In this document: positions 34,952 to 44,890 of the stretch, piece after piece
How positions within the stretch are numbered: position 1 is the first letter of the stretch
Layout of the letters: every line of letters starts with the position of its first letter
DNA from: an uncultured Eubacteriales bacterium
GTDB taxonomy: Bacteria > Acidobacteriota > Aminicenantia > Aminicenantales > Aminicenantaceae
DNA: 64,000 bases
NCBI GenBank assembly: GCA_964347035.1
Contig: CAYFXE010000003.1
Span: forward strand, 17,570-81,569
Reading direction: 5' to 3'
Made by a program: the position numbers and the translations under genes
Notes under the pieces: generated by a model
Seen by the model: only the letters and a program-made list of their open reading frames with translations
What the model was told of the DNA's origin: nothing
Databases searched by the model: none

Positions 34952-36686
34952 CTTTTTTCTCCTTTTTTGTTTTTTTCTGGGGTCCGATGTTTTTAAGCTG
35001 GTCTTTCATGATGTCCCCTAAAGTGAGTCTGTCATCTTGGCTTTGCATGTATTTTTGATACTCCAGTTTCTGCATTTCCAACTGAGCCTGTCTAAAGCTA
35101 AGAGAGATTTTTTTATTCCTTTGGTCCATCTTGAGGATCTTAGCCATCAGCTCTTGACCGACAGAGAAAGCTTCCTCAGGGTTCTCAATCTTTTTCTCAT
35201 CGAGCTCTGAGAGAAAGACGACGCCTTCGATTCCAGGCGTGATTTCTGCAAAGACACCGAAGTTAGTGAGCCGAACCACTTTCACCTTGACCAGATCTCC
35301 GACTTTCTGCCGCTTAAAAAAATCTTCCCAGATATCTCCTTCCAACTGTTTTATGCCCAAGGAGAGCTTTTGTTTTCCGATATCGATATTAAGGATGATC
35401 GCTTCAATCTCATCTCCCACCTTGAGCTTATCTGAAGGATGCTTAATTTTTTCCCATGATATATCCGAGATATGGATGAGCCCTTCAATGCCCTTGTCCA
35501 CCTCCATGAAGGCCCCGAAGTCGGTGATGCTCGTGATTGTCCCCTTGACGTGTGATCCAGGACTGTATTTTTGTTTCAGGAGTTCGAGAGGATGCGGGGT
35601 GACCTGCTTGAGGCCGAGGGAAATCCGTTTTTGTGTCGGATTGATATCGAGAATGGTCACGGCCACTTCCTCTCCAGGCACCAAAACCTTTTTGGGATGA
35701 ATGAGCTTCCTCGACCAGGTCAGATCAGAGATGTGAACTAGCCCTTCCACTCCTTTTTCGAGTTCGATAAAAGCACCAAAATCGGTGAGGCTCACGACTT
35801 TTCCCTGGACCTTCTGGCCGACGCTGTACTTTTCTTGGATGGTTTCCCAAGGATCATCTGTCAACTGTTTATAGCCGAGGGAAATCCGCTCCTCTTTTTC
35901 GTTGAAATCTAGGACTACGACCTCGACCTCTTCCTCCGCTTGAAAAACTTCTGAAGGATGATTAATTTTTCCCCAAGAAATATCTGAAATATGCAGAAGG
36001 CCCTCGATTCCTCCCAGATCTATGAAGGCTCCAAAATTCGTTAGTGATTTGATTTGACCTTTGAGTTTTTTTCCACGGCTGAGTTTTTCGAAAACCCTCC
36101 TTTTTCGTTTTTCTTTTTCATCCTGCAAATAGAGTTTCCGGGAAAGGACAGCATTTTCGGTTTTTCTATCAAATTTGATGACCTTGAACTTGTATTTTTG
36201 ACCGATGAGTTTCTCTGGGTCTTTAACAGCTCTGATATCCGCATGAGAATCAGGTAAGAAGGTTTTAATCCCGACGTCGACTGCGTAGCCGGTTTTGATT
36301 TTTTCTATGATCGTCCCGAGCACCCATCCCTTATGGAGGTAAGCTCGCTCCAGATCATTCAATCCTTTCAGAGCCACAGCCTTTTTTTGGGATAAGACAA
36401 GATATCCTTCTTGTAAATTCCCTCTTTCTAAAACAGCTTCCACGATGTCTCCAAGATGAATTTCACCGGCGTCCGGGCTTTCGTTGAAATCTTCGATGGG
36501 AATGATTCCTTCGGATTTGTACCCGACATCTACGATGACATGCGTCGACGTGATCTTTATCACCTTCCCTTTGATGATTTTCCCAGGAGTAAGTTCTTTG
36601 GTATTGAACTGATAGTGCTCCAGAAGGTTTTTATAATCTTCAGAGGAAATTTGGTCGTCTTTTTCTGTTTTTTTTGTTTCTGTCAT
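34944..36686 (-). CDS. rpsA: 30S ribosomal protein S1
   Basis: Six tandem S1 domains with repeated G-V-LT-FGAF-E/D-GIEGL-HISD patterns. Confidence 0.95.
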   Translation of the reverse strand: MTETKKTEKDDQISSEDYKNLLEHYQFNTKELTPGKIIKGKVIKITSTHVIVDVGYKSEGIIPIEDFNESPDAGEIHLGDIVEAVLERGNLQEGYLVLSQKKAVALKGLNDLERAYLHKGWVLGTIIEKIKTGYAVDVGIKTFLPDSHADIRAVKDPEKLIGQKYKFKVIKFDRKTENAVLSRKLYLQDEKEKRKRRVFEKLSRGKKLKGQIKSLTNFGAFIDLGGIEGLLHISDISWGKINHPSEVFQAEEEVEVVVLDFNEKEERISLGYKQLTDDPWETIQEKYSVGQKVQGKVVSLTDFGAFIELEKGVEGLVHISDLTWSRKLIHPKKVLVPGEEVAVTILDINPTQKRISLGLKQVTPHPLELLKQKYSPGSHVKGTITSITDFGAFMEVDKGIEGLIHISDISWEKIKHPSDKLKVGDEIEAIILNIDIGKQKLSLGIKQLEGDIWEDFFKRQKVGDLVKVKVVRLTNFGVFAEITPGIEGVVFLSELDEKKIENPEEAFSVGQELMAKILKMDQRNKKISLSFRQAQLEMQKLEYQKYMQSQDDRLTLGDIMKDQLKNIGPQKKTKKEKKDD

Positions 36687-37552
36687 TGGATCATGATCTC
36701 CCTTGGAATGTGATGAGACAGGCTCGCTTTGATTTTAAGAACGGCTTCCCGGATGGCCTCTGGAGGTGTGGAGGCGCCTCCTGACAATCCTATCCTTTTA
36801 GCTCCTTTAAGCATACGCGGTGTTATTTGATCTGCTCTTTCGATGAAATAGGTATTGGGCTGAATTTTCTTTGAGATTTCGTAGAGTTTGTTCGTGTTTG
36901 AACTATTCCTCCCTCCAATTATGAAGAGTGTGTCGACAGAGGCGGCGAGTTCGGAAGTAGATTTCTGTCTTTTTTGGACGGATTGACAGATTGTATTGTG
37001 GACACTGAGCTCTTCAGTTTTTTCGATGAGCGCGGCGACGATCGTTTCGAAGAGGTGGAGATCCTGTGTGGATTGGGCAAGAACAGATCTTTTCTTCCTC
37101 CGAGGTGATCGCTTGGCCTCTTGCACATTCTCTGTGATCTTAACTTTTCCCCGGCTGTGTCCGATTAAACCCTTGATTTCTGGATGCTCTCTGTTGCCGA
37201 CGATGATGATGTCTTCATTTTTTTTGGCCAATCTTTCGACTAGCTTCTGAATTTTTTTGACGTTCGGACAGGTAGCATCAACGATGCTCATGTTTTTCTT
37301 TTTCAGTCTCTGGAAAATTTTAGGAGAGATCCCGTGGCTTCGGATAATTACTGTTCCTTCCTTCAGTTCGCCCAGAGATTTGATGGTTTGGATCCCTTGA
37401 TTTTTCAAGTCGGTGATAACCCTGGGATTGTGGATGAGTTCCCCGTGACAAAAGACATTGCCGTTTCGACTTTGTCGAGTATCTTGAGCGATTTTCAGGG
37501 CGCGTTTAACCCCATAGCACAATCCCGCATTTTTAGCGACGATAATTTCCAT
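36683..37552 (-). CDS. ispH: 4-hydroxy-3-methylbut-2-enyl diphosphate reductase
   Basis: MEIIVAKNAGLCYGVKRAL, the first cluster cysteine, ATCPNV, and the overall LytB layout. It overlaps rpsA by 4 nt. Confidence 0.9.
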   Translation of the reverse strand: MEIIVAKNAGLCYGVKRALKIAQDTRQSRNGNVFCHGELIHNPRVITDLKNQGIQTIKSLGELKEGTVIIRSHGISPKIFQRLKKKNMSIVDATCPNVKKIQKLVERLAKKNEDIIIVGNREHPEIKGLIGHSRGKVKITENVQEAKRSPRRKKRSVLAQSTQDLHLFETIVAALIEKTEELSVHNTICQSVQKRQKSTSELAASVDTLFIIGGRNSSNTNKLYEISKKIQPNTYFIERADQITPRMLKGAKRIGLSGGASTPPEAIREAVLKIKASLSHHIPREIMIQ

Positions 37553-37630
37553 TTTTTATAAAAAATATGACTTATTATATTATTATAGAATATGGGTTTT
37601 GTCAATGCTAAATATAGGTAAAATCTTGAC

Positions 37631-38770
37631 TTAGCTCTCTTTGGATGGCTTGAGAAAAGCGCCGATTCCAAGTTTCTCGACCTGTGAGGGGAGAGGCAGA
37701 TAGTCGATGTCTAGGTCCCTCTCTGGATGGAGTTCAGCAAGACTTTTGAGAAGGGCTTTCAGGGAAGCCAGATGCCGGGCCACTCTGACTCTGAGCGGAA
37801 TTCCTTCTTCACCGTAGGGAACGAACAGATGACCTAGCTTGGCGGCCTTGGCATAATTTTTATCTTTTCCATCCACAATCAGTGCAGGGGAGGTCTTTCC
37901 CTTCAGTCTCCCATGGGAGGCGTTGGTCGTCTCCAGCAGAATTGCCTGAATGCCAGCTGAGTCTCCCCATTCGCGGTGACTCAGTCCCCTCAGGTTTGGA
38001 GGGGAAGCCTCGAGCCGGAGGTCGTAGCCCTCCACTTGAAGCTCCATTTGAGATAAGGCGGCCAGTTCGGCGCTGTTCTCATGGAAGACGATGGCGTTGA
38101 TCACCGGGTATTCGGGTGCCGCTTCATGGAGATCGATCCCCAAGTGGATCCTCTCTTTTTTGATGAGCTCTATGATACCATAAGCGATTCTTTCCGTGAG
38201 ATATCCACTCTCCTTCCCTGGGTAGCAACGGTTCAGATTTCGGATTTCTGTTCCTGAGAGCTTTTGTCCAGAAGGATTCATGTAAAGAGCTGGGTCTGGC
38301 CACTGGTGAACCGGGTTGGTCAAACGTGAACCGTAGCGGAAAAATCTTTGTCCTCCCGAAGTTTCAAGAACGAAATATTGGGGGCTGGCTTCTTGGGGAT
38401 CGTTATGGGTAAAACCGCTGTTATTCGCTCTCGGAACAATGATGACCTTTCCCCTTTGGACTTTGATATTTTCCGCCAGAAGCACAGCCGTGATGAAACC
38501 AGCCGGCTCGTTGGGATGAGTTCCTCCTAAGACCAAAAGATGCCCACCCTCCTCCTGCCCTTGGTATATGTAGACATCTGTATCGCCTGGTGTGCCATTT
38601 AGACCTGGGAAGTAAGAGCTCAACATTTTTTTCGATGAGAGTGACTTACTGGGATAGATCGGCTCCTTCTCGTGAATCTTCAAGAATTGGAAGCCAGAAA
38701 ATAGACTCAGACAAATGGATCCTAGAAAGAGGAGAAGTCCAGAAAGAAAGTGTCTCCTGAAATGAGTCAT
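37631..38770 (-). CDS. Exported/anchored zinc deacylase of the succinylglutamate desuccinylase/aspartoacylase (M14-like) family
   Basis: N-terminal hydrophobic anchor (LSGLLLFLGSICLSLFSGF), the zinc motif GGTHPNEPAG, and a later DLHEA. Confidence 0.65.
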   Translation of the reverse strand: MTHFRRHFLSGLLLFLGSICLSLFSGFQFLKIHEKEPIYPSKSLSSKKMLSSYFPGLNGTPGDTDVYIYQGQEEGGHLLVLGGTHPNEPAGFITAVLLAENIKVQRGKVIIVPRANNSGFTHNDPQEASPQYFVLETSGGQRFFRYGSRLTNPVHQWPDPALYMNPSGQKLSGTEIRNLNRCYPGKESGYLTERIAYGIIELIKKERIHLGIDLHEAAPEYPVINAIVFHENSAELAALSQMELQVEGYDLRLEASPPNLRGLSHREWGDSAGIQAILLETTNASHGRLKGKTSPALIVDGKDKNYAKAAKLGHLFVPYGEEGIPLRVRVARHLASLKALLKSLAELHPERDLDIDYLPLPSQVEKLGIGAFLKPSKES

Positions 38771-38773
38771 GGC

Positions 38774-38920
38774 CTATTTAATCAAGAGAAGTCGTAGGAG
38801 GAACATGATCAGAACGATGGCTGTGCTCACTTGATTCCAAAATTTCTTTTCTCGGAAGATGTAGACGATAAAATTCACAGCCAGGTAAGCAACGATCAGA
38901 TGATAGACGATGGTCATCAT
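38774..38920 (-). CDS. Possible 48-aa two-helix membrane mini-protein (below ORF-track cutoff)
   Basis: Manual translation gives MMTIVYHLIVAYLAVNFIVYIFREKKFWNQVSTAIVLIMFLLRLLLIK. The ATG lies 5 nt after the permease stop and the stop codon lies 4 nt before the M14 gene start. No clear Shine-Dalgarno sequence. Confidence 0.3.
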   Translation of the reverse strand: MMTIVYHLIVAYLAVNFIVYIFREKKFWNQVSTAIVLIMFLLRLLLIK

Positions 38921-38924
38921 GGTC

Positions 38925-40193
38925 TCAGATGATTTTATCCAAAAACGGAGATAGGAACAAAACTCCTATCCCCATCGCCAGTTCAAAAAGAGCCGGGACC
39001 AGGCAGTAACGGAGCACACGGAAATAGTTCGATTCCCCCACGACTTGGGCGGCAAAGATGCCGGCCAGAGCTGTTGGCGGCATCAAGTCCCCGAGTCCGG
39101 CCACTGCCGAAAGGGCTGAGGAGGTGATGATGGCATTCTTCTCGATCAGGGTGAGAATGAAGGGAACTCCCAGGATGGAGGCTGAGCCAAAGGCAGAGAC
39201 GGCACCAAAAAGAGGCATGCTGGTTGCTATTCCGAGATACAGAAGGAAAGGAGGTAAGGAAAGGAAAGAGATGACGGTCCAGCCTCGACCTCCGGTGAGA
39301 GTCATGATCTGGATGAACATCCCTACTCCAGCCAGAATACAGAGAATCGGCATGGCATCCTTGATGGCCTCTTGAGTGATTTTAAAAAAATTAAAACGGC
39401 GGCCACAGATAATGCCGGCTAGGCTTCCTAAGAAAAAGATGGCAGGGATGCCTATGTCTGGCATGACCTTGACAAGAAGTCCTTGGGTGATCATCAAGAA
39501 GAGGACGAGGATCAACGGGAGATAGAGACGGAAACCGTACATTCGAAAGTAAGATTCGGGAACAATTGCTTTCATTTGTTCATAGCCGATGATCTGGATA
39601 TCTTTGTAACCCAGCCAGAGGGAAATAATTATCGCAAGAGGCACGACGATGATTAGAAGAGGGAAGGTCAGCCCCACGTAGGGCATATCTACTCCGCCTC
39701 CCATGATCATCACCAAGATGTTCACTGGAGGCGCAATCATACCCAAAATGCCTCCCATGGCGATCAAAGCAGCTGTTTTGACCTTAGAAAGGCCGAGCTT
39801 GATAAGCACTGGAGCCACCAGCGCTCCGGTGCTCAAGACAGCTGTTGTCGATGACCCGGTGATCATTCCAGGAAACATGACTAGGAACATTACTGTCAAC
39901 AACAGAGAAACTTTTCTTCTGTAAAAGGTCTTCAGAAGGAGAGAGGTGACCGTATCCAAGATGCCTGAGGCTTGGAGAACCTTCATGAAGATCATGGCCG
40001 TGACGATGATGAGGATAGTGTCAAAATACCCAAAACTTCCTTCGATGAGGTGTCGCAGAGCGATCCCCTGACCGCCGAGGAGAGAACCAGCCAGAGCCGA
40101 AAGAGCAAGAGAAACGCCGATAGGTAGCTTGAGGATCATGGCCAGAAGGGCAAAAATGGCCACCATCAGGAGAAAGACCAGGTATTCAGGCAC
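38925..40193 (-). CDS. DctM-like large permease (TRAP large subunit / ion-transporter superfamily)
   Basis: 422 aa with about 12 TM helices. The N-terminal pattern LKLPIGVSLALSALAGSLL...DTILIIVTAMIFMKVLQASGI resembles DctM. No DctQ or DctP gene is adjacent. Confidence 0.6.
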   Translation of the reverse strand: MPEYLVFLLMVAIFALLAMILKLPIGVSLALSALAGSLLGGQGIALRHLIEGSFGYFDTILIIVTAMIFMKVLQASGILDTVTSLLLKTFYRRKVSLLLTVMFLVMFPGMITGSSTTAVLSTGALVAPVLIKLGLSKVKTAALIAMGGILGMIAPPVNILVMIMGGGVDMPYVGLTFPLLIIVVPLAIIISLWLGYKDIQIIGYEQMKAIVPESYFRMYGFRLYLPLILVLFLMITQGLLVKVMPDIGIPAIFFLGSLAGIICGRRFNFFKITQEAIKDAMPILCILAGVGMFIQIMTLTGGRGWTVISFLSLPPFLLYLGIATSMPLFGAVSAFGSASILGVPFILTLIEKNAIITSSALSAVAGLGDLMPPTALAGIFAAQVVGESNYFRVLRYCLVPALFELAMGIGVLFLSPFLDKII

Positions 40194-40220
40194 TGCGACT
40201 GAACCTCTGATACGTGCTCA

Positions 40221-40811
40221 TCACCTGATCAATCCGGGTTTTTTTGATTGGCTGGATTGGAAAGCCTGCTGGAGTGGTTCTAGGGCATCGATGGTTTTTT
40301 CGACTTGTATCAAAGGAATGTTATTCTCGTCGCAGATACGGGTGAAGAGTCCGTCTTTATTTCCAGAGGCAAGGACGATAGCCATCTGAGCGTTGGGAAG
40401 AAAGCTCGTGATGAAATCATCAGTCAACTCGCCTCTTCTCGCTTCTCCTCCAAGATGGAGACAGAGGAGAGGGATGTCTTGCGTCCGAGCCTCCTTTATC
40501 AACGATCCGACTCTTTTCTTTTCTTCGTCAACATCAAGCCCGGCCGCACCCAGCCCCTTGAGACTGGCTCCGAGAACTAGGACGACCGTTTTTTTGTTGG
40601 CCAAATCTTCAGCCGTAGCTAACTTAGAAAGCGTGGCCTCGAGTCCAGCCCTTTTGACTAAGACAGAGGCTATTTGTACTTCAGCACTCTGGCCTGCCGA
40701 GGTGATCAAGATCGGTTGCTCGAAAGAGGGGAGTGCTTCTTCTGTTGGGGCCTCAGCCAATCCGGTGCCGACAAGAAGAAAGATAATCATTGTCATCAAG
40801 GTTTTTTTCAT
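40221..40811 (-). CDS. Secreted protein of unknown function (possible transporter accessory)
   Basis: Signal peptide MKKTLMTMIIFLLVGTGLAEA. The alternating alpha/beta-like pattern is not recognisably DctP or TAXI. Confidence 0.45.
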   Translation of the reverse strand: MKKTLMTMIIFLLVGTGLAEAPTEEALPSFEQPILITSAGQSAEVQIASVLVKRAGLEATLSKLATAEDLANKKTVVLVLGASLKGLGAAGLDVDEEKKRVGSLIKEARTQDIPLLCLHLGGEARRGELTDDFITSFLPNAQMAIVLASGNKDGLFTRICDENNIPLIQVEKTIDALEPLQQAFQSSQSKKPGLIR

Positions 40812-40860
40812 CGGTTCACCTATGAATATAATTTCTATTTCTTACAAAGCCATCCCGACT

Positions 40861-42669
40861 TTAATATCCAGCCCCATATCCATCTCTTCTTGAATCGGCT
40901 CCACCGAGGATGAGGTTTTTTTCCTTGATGATGAGCAAACCCTGAGCCCCGCCAAAATATTTATCGTAGGCCTTTCGTTTCACTACTTTGTGTCCGATAG
41001 CTTCAAGAGATCGGATGACAGAGGTAGAAATCCGGGATTCGACATACACGTCTCGAGCCTTTCCTTGGGAGGAGTAGGTATAGAAGCGGGGAGCTTCGAT
41101 GGCTTCATCCAGGGTCATACCAAACTCCACGATGTTCAGGATGATTTGGGTCAGCGAAGGGAAAATTCTCGTTCCTCCCGGAGATCCGAGCACAAGGAAA
41201 GGCTCTTGCTTCTTGAAGAGAATAAGGGGACCCATCGAACTCACCGGGCGTCGGCCGGGACGAGGGGCATTTATGGAGTTTGGATCGTTGGCAAAATCAT
41301 CCATGTGATTATTCAACAGAAATCCAGTCTGTTCAGGGACAATACCAGATCCAAAAAAATGATTGATGGACTGGGTGAGAGAAACAATGTTTCCTTGTCT
41401 ATCGATGACACAGAGGTGACTCGTGTTCTCTTTTTCATTTTCTCGGTCATCGAAGGAGCCTGGTGGGTAGGAGTTGAGGAGACGGTCTTGCTGGATTTTT
41501 GAGGCAATCTCAGAGGCATAGGGCTTGGAAATAAGGCCAGAAACCGGGATCTTAACAAATTCAGGATCTCCCAGGTACTGGGCTCGGTCAGCGAAAACGA
41601 AGCGAAGGGCTTCGCTGAAGTGATGGATGTAGGCAGGAGTGTTCGGTCCCCATTTCTCGAGAGGCCAGTTTTCAGCAATGTTCAGGAGCTGGATGATATG
41701 CAGACCGCCGGATCCAGGGGGAGAGAGGGTATAAAGTGTAAAATCTTTGTATTTTCCGACAAGGGGAGTCTGCTCTAGGGGCTTGTAGCGAGCTAGATCT
41801 TCCAAACTCATGATTCCGCCTTTGTCTCGGACAGCCTTGATAATTCTTTTGGCGATATCCCCTTTGTAGAACTCGTCGCTTCCTTTGAGGGCAAGATTCC
41901 TGAATGTCTGGGCCAAATCCGGGTTTTTGAAGGTATCGCCGGGTTCATACGGAAGGCCTTGATTCAGATAATGGCTGTCTTCTCCATCATTCAGCACCAA
42001 TTTTTCATACTCATCTTTGTTGATCGTACTGAAAGTTTGACTAATTGTATAACCCTTTTCAGCGATGGTTATCGCTTCCTCAGCAACGTCTCTCAGGGAT
42101 TGAGTCCCGTATTTTTTTAGAGCGTAAGTCCAGCCAGCTAGTGCTCCGGGTACAGCGACCGCCAGGCCGTGAGTTCTTTTCCAATCTCTTCTGAGCTTGC
42201 CCTCCGAGATAAACATTTCAGGGGAAGCTCGGGATGGGGCCTTTTCTCTGTAATTGATTACGGTCAATTTCTTGGATGAGGCGAGATAGATGACCATGAA
42301 GCCGCCGCCGCCGATGCCCGAGGCAAAGGGTTCAGCCGCGTTTAGAGCGAATGCTGTCGCCACAGCCGCGTCGACAGCATTCCCTCCTCCCTTGAGTATC
42401 TTCAATCCCGCCTTCGCGGCCAGATGATGAGCTGCTACGACCATTCCCGATTTTCCGACAAAGTTGTAGGGCTGATGACGATCAGCCGGGAGTTGGTCAG
42501 GGGCTGTACCCTTAGCCTGAAAACCAAGGGAAGACAACACAACGATGAGAGTCGAGAGGATCAACAGCGTGTCCGGCTCAGGGATGAAACGTCTAATCTT
42601 CAATCTCTGATTCCTCCTCCATAATTTTGGATATTTCCTCTTGAGAAGGAAGATCCTTGATGTTATCAA
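40861..42669 (-). CDS. ggt: Gamma-glutamyltransferase
   Basis: GGT family pattern, including the autoprocessing nucleophile region ENTSHLCVIDRQGN and GSPGGTRI. The start is uncertain: the ORF-track start overlaps scpB by 77 nt, whereas the TTG at 42603 would overlap by only 11 nt. Confidence 0.88.
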   Translation of the reverse strand: MITSRIFLLKRKYPKLWRRNQRLKIRRFIPEPDTLLILSTLIVVLSSLGFQAKGTAPDQLPADRHQPYNFVGKSGMVVAAHHLAAKAGLKILKGGGNAVDAAVATAFALNAAEPFASGIGGGGFMVIYLASSKKLTVINYREKAPSRASPEMFISEGKLRRDWKRTHGLAVAVPGALAGWTYALKKYGTQSLRDVAEEAITIAEKGYTISQTFSTINKDEYEKLVLNDGEDSHYLNQGLPYEPGDTFKNPDLAQTFRNLALKGSDEFYKGDIAKRIIKAVRDKGGIMSLEDLARYKPLEQTPLVGKYKDFTLYTLSPPGSGGLHIIQLLNIAENWPLEKWGPNTPAYIHHFSEALRFVFADRAQYLGDPEFVKIPVSGLISKPYASEIASKIQQDRLLNSYPPGSFDDRENEKENTSHLCVIDRQGNIVSLTQSINHFFGSGIVPEQTGFLLNNHMDDFANDPNSINAPRPGRRPVSSMGPLILFKKQEPFLVLGSPGGTRIFPSLTQIILNIVEFGMTLDEAIEAPRFYTYSSQGKARDVYVESRISTSVIRSLEAIGHKVVKRKAYDKYFGGAQGLLIIKEKNLILGGADSRRDGYGAGY

Positions 42670-43141
42670 GTCCGAAATGAGTCAAGAAGCGGTTAGTTGT
42701 CCTGTAGATGAGAGGCTTACCAGGGCTTTTTTTTCTCCCGACGATTTTAACAAGTTTTTTCTGGAGAAGGACTTTCAAGGTGTGAGTCGAATCCACACCC
42801 CGGATGGCCGAGATTTCGGACAGAGTTATAGGCTGGTTGTAGGCGATAGCAGACAAGGTCTCGAGAGAAGCCCGGGAAAGACGGCTCCGCCTTTCGGCTT
42901 GGAGAAGACGCCTGATGTAGTCGTCAAATTCGGGCCTGGTCGCAAAAAGATAGCCTCCCGCAGACAGTACGATTTGGATGCCCCTCTCGTTCGACGTGTA
43001 GCTTTCCAGAAGCTCGTTTATGGCTTGTTCTATTTCTGAGTCTGGGAATTCATGCAGGACACTCTTGATCTTCTCCAGGGATAGGGGCTCTAAAGAGACA
43101 AAGATAAGAGATTCGATGAGTTCTTTCAATCTGTCTTTCAT
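42593..43141 (-). CDS. scpB: Segregation and condensation protein B
   Basis: ScpB winged-helix repeats (IESLIFVS..PLSLEKI, ETLAIIAY-like ETLSAIAYNQPITLSEISAIRG). Confidence 0.85.
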   Translation of the reverse strand: MKDRLKELIESLIFVSLEPLSLEKIKSVLHEFPDSEIEQAINELLESYTSNERGIQIVLSAGGYLFATRPEFDDYIRRLLQAERRSRLSRASLETLSAIAYNQPITLSEISAIRGVDSTHTLKVLLQKKLVKIVGRKKSPGKPLIYRTTNRFLTHFGLDNIKDLPSQEEISKIMEEESEIED

Positions 43142-43872
43142 GTTGAAAATGATGTCCTCGGTTTTTTCCTAAGCCAGACCTTGATCGATTGGAAAAGTGT
43201 CTCTTGTGCCGCCAACACGATCCTGGCTTTGATCAGTTCCAGTAGAGCGAAAAAGGCAACCAGCGATTCCTGGAGCGATGCGTGATCGTAGAAATATTCG
43301 TAGAAGTCAAGATAGCCCTTATCTTCCAGGATGGTGATGATTTCCCTCATCTTCTCCTCGACGGTGTATTCCTTGCCCTTGATGAGGCGGACATCCTCTT
43401 TCTCTTTCCGCTTCATGAGTAGGAAGAAGGCCTCAGCCAGGTCGAAAAGTGAAATGTCTTCAAGCTCTTCCTCTTCCTCGGGAAGATATGATGGAATATA
43501 GATGCGCTTCCATTTTTTGAGTTCTTCTCCCTCTTTTATCCTCAACACGGAACTTAGAGCTTTCATTTTTTGGAAGTCTAGAAGTCGATCGACGATAGTC
43601 TGACGCGGGTCTTCGTCGGACTCGGGTTTCTCATCAGGCAGAAGCATTTGAGACTTGATGTAGATTAGGAGGGCAGCCATCAGGAGGAATTCTGCCTCAC
43701 GATCCAGGTTGATCTTCTCCTTCTGGTTGAGATAGTCAAGGTATTCTTTGGTGATGGTCGCTATTGGAATGTCATGGATATCGATTTTCTGCTTCTTGAT
43801 CAGAAACAGAAGGAGATCGAGAGGGCCCTGAAAGAACTCCAGATTGACCTGGTAGCTTTGCCTCACATCCAT
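43138..43872 (-). CDS. scpA: Segregation and condensation protein A
   Basis: FQGPLDLLLFLIKKQKIDIHDIPIATIT kleisin N-terminus. It overlaps scpB by 4 nt. Confidence 0.85.
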   Translation of the reverse strand: MDVRQSYQVNLEFFQGPLDLLLFLIKKQKIDIHDIPIATITKEYLDYLNQKEKINLDREAEFLLMAALLIYIKSQMLLPDEKPESDEDPRQTIVDRLLDFQKMKALSSVLRIKEGEELKKWKRIYIPSYLPEEEEELEDISLFDLAEAFFLLMKRKEKEDVRLIKGKEYTVEEKMREIITILEDKGYLDFYEYFYDHASLQESLVAFFALLELIKARIVLAAQETLFQSIKVWLRKKPRTSFST

Positions 43873-43894
43873 AGAACGAATCGCTTTGTACCTT

Positions 43895-44872
43895 CTAAAT
43901 TCCTATCGCATTCCTGACTTCTTCCATAGTTTTTTGGGCTACCTGGCGAGCCTTTTTATTCCCTTCTTCGAGGATATTCCAGACAAGCTGGGGATTATTC
44001 TCAAAATTCTTCCTCTTTTTCCAGAAAGGAGTTAGGGTCTGGATGACGTGTTCGATGGCCACGGTCTTGCACTCCAGGCAACCGATCCCGGCTGTTCGAC
44101 ATCCCTCGACCAACGGCTCTCTGGCTTCTTCCGGAACGAATGCCATATGAAGTGTGAAAGCCGGACAGTCATCCGGCTCTCCCGGGTCCTGACGCCTTTG
44201 GCGCCGGGTATCGGTAACCATCGGCGAGATCTTGCGGCGGATCTCATTCGGATTGTCCTTGAGGTAGATAGCGTTTTGAAAGGAATTGCTCATCTTACGG
44301 CCATCCGTCCCGGCTAATTTCGGCACTTGGGTGAGATGGATTTGTGGCTCGGGAAAGACAGGACCATACAGACGGTTAAACCGTCTGGTGATTTCTCTTG
44401 CCAGCTCTAGATGGTATGCTTGGTCTTCTCCGACAGGAACAATTTCAGCCTTGTAGATTATGATATCCGCCGTCTGGAGAACGGGATATCCCAAAAATCC
44501 ATAGGTGTTGAGATCCTTATCCGGTAGTTCTCTTTGCATTTCTTTGAAGGTTGGAACTCTCTGGAGCCAAGGCAGTGGAATGATCATCGAGAGAAGGAGG
44601 TGGAGTTCTGCATGTTCTTTGACTTCGGATTGGACAAAGATAACACTTCTCTCTGAGTCGAGCCCGATGCTCAACCAGTCGGCGGCGTAATCGAACGTGA
44701 ACTGACGGATGGATTGGGAATTCTGGTATTCAGAACTCAGCGCATGCCAGGTGACAATAGTATAGAAGCAGCGGTATTTTTCCTGCATGGCTATCCAGTT
44801 GCGCAAGGCCCCAGCCAGATGACCGAGATGGAGAGGCCCTGTCGGTCGCATCCCACTGAGGACTGTTTTCAC
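43895..44872 (-). CDS. trpS: Tryptophan--tRNA ligase
   Basis: HIGH-type motif PTGPLHLGHLAG and KMSKS-type motif RKMSNS. The size is right for TrpRS. Confidence 0.93.
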   Translation of the reverse strand: MKTVLSGMRPTGPLHLGHLAGALRNWIAMQEKYRCFYTIVTWHALSSEYQNSQSIRQFTFDYAADWLSIGLDSERSVIFVQSEVKEHAELHLLLSMIIPLPWLQRVPTFKEMQRELPDKDLNTYGFLGYPVLQTADIIIYKAEIVPVGEDQAYHLELAREITRRFNRLYGPVFPEPQIHLTQVPKLAGTDGRKMSNSFQNAIYLKDNPNEIRRKISPMVTDTRRQRRQDPGEPDDCPAFTLHMAFVPEEAREPLVEGCRTAGIGCLECKTVAIEHVIQTLTPFWKKRKNFENNPQLVWNILEEGNKKARQVAQKTMEEVRNAIGI

Positions 44873-44890
44873 TTTTTTTCCTTTTATATG

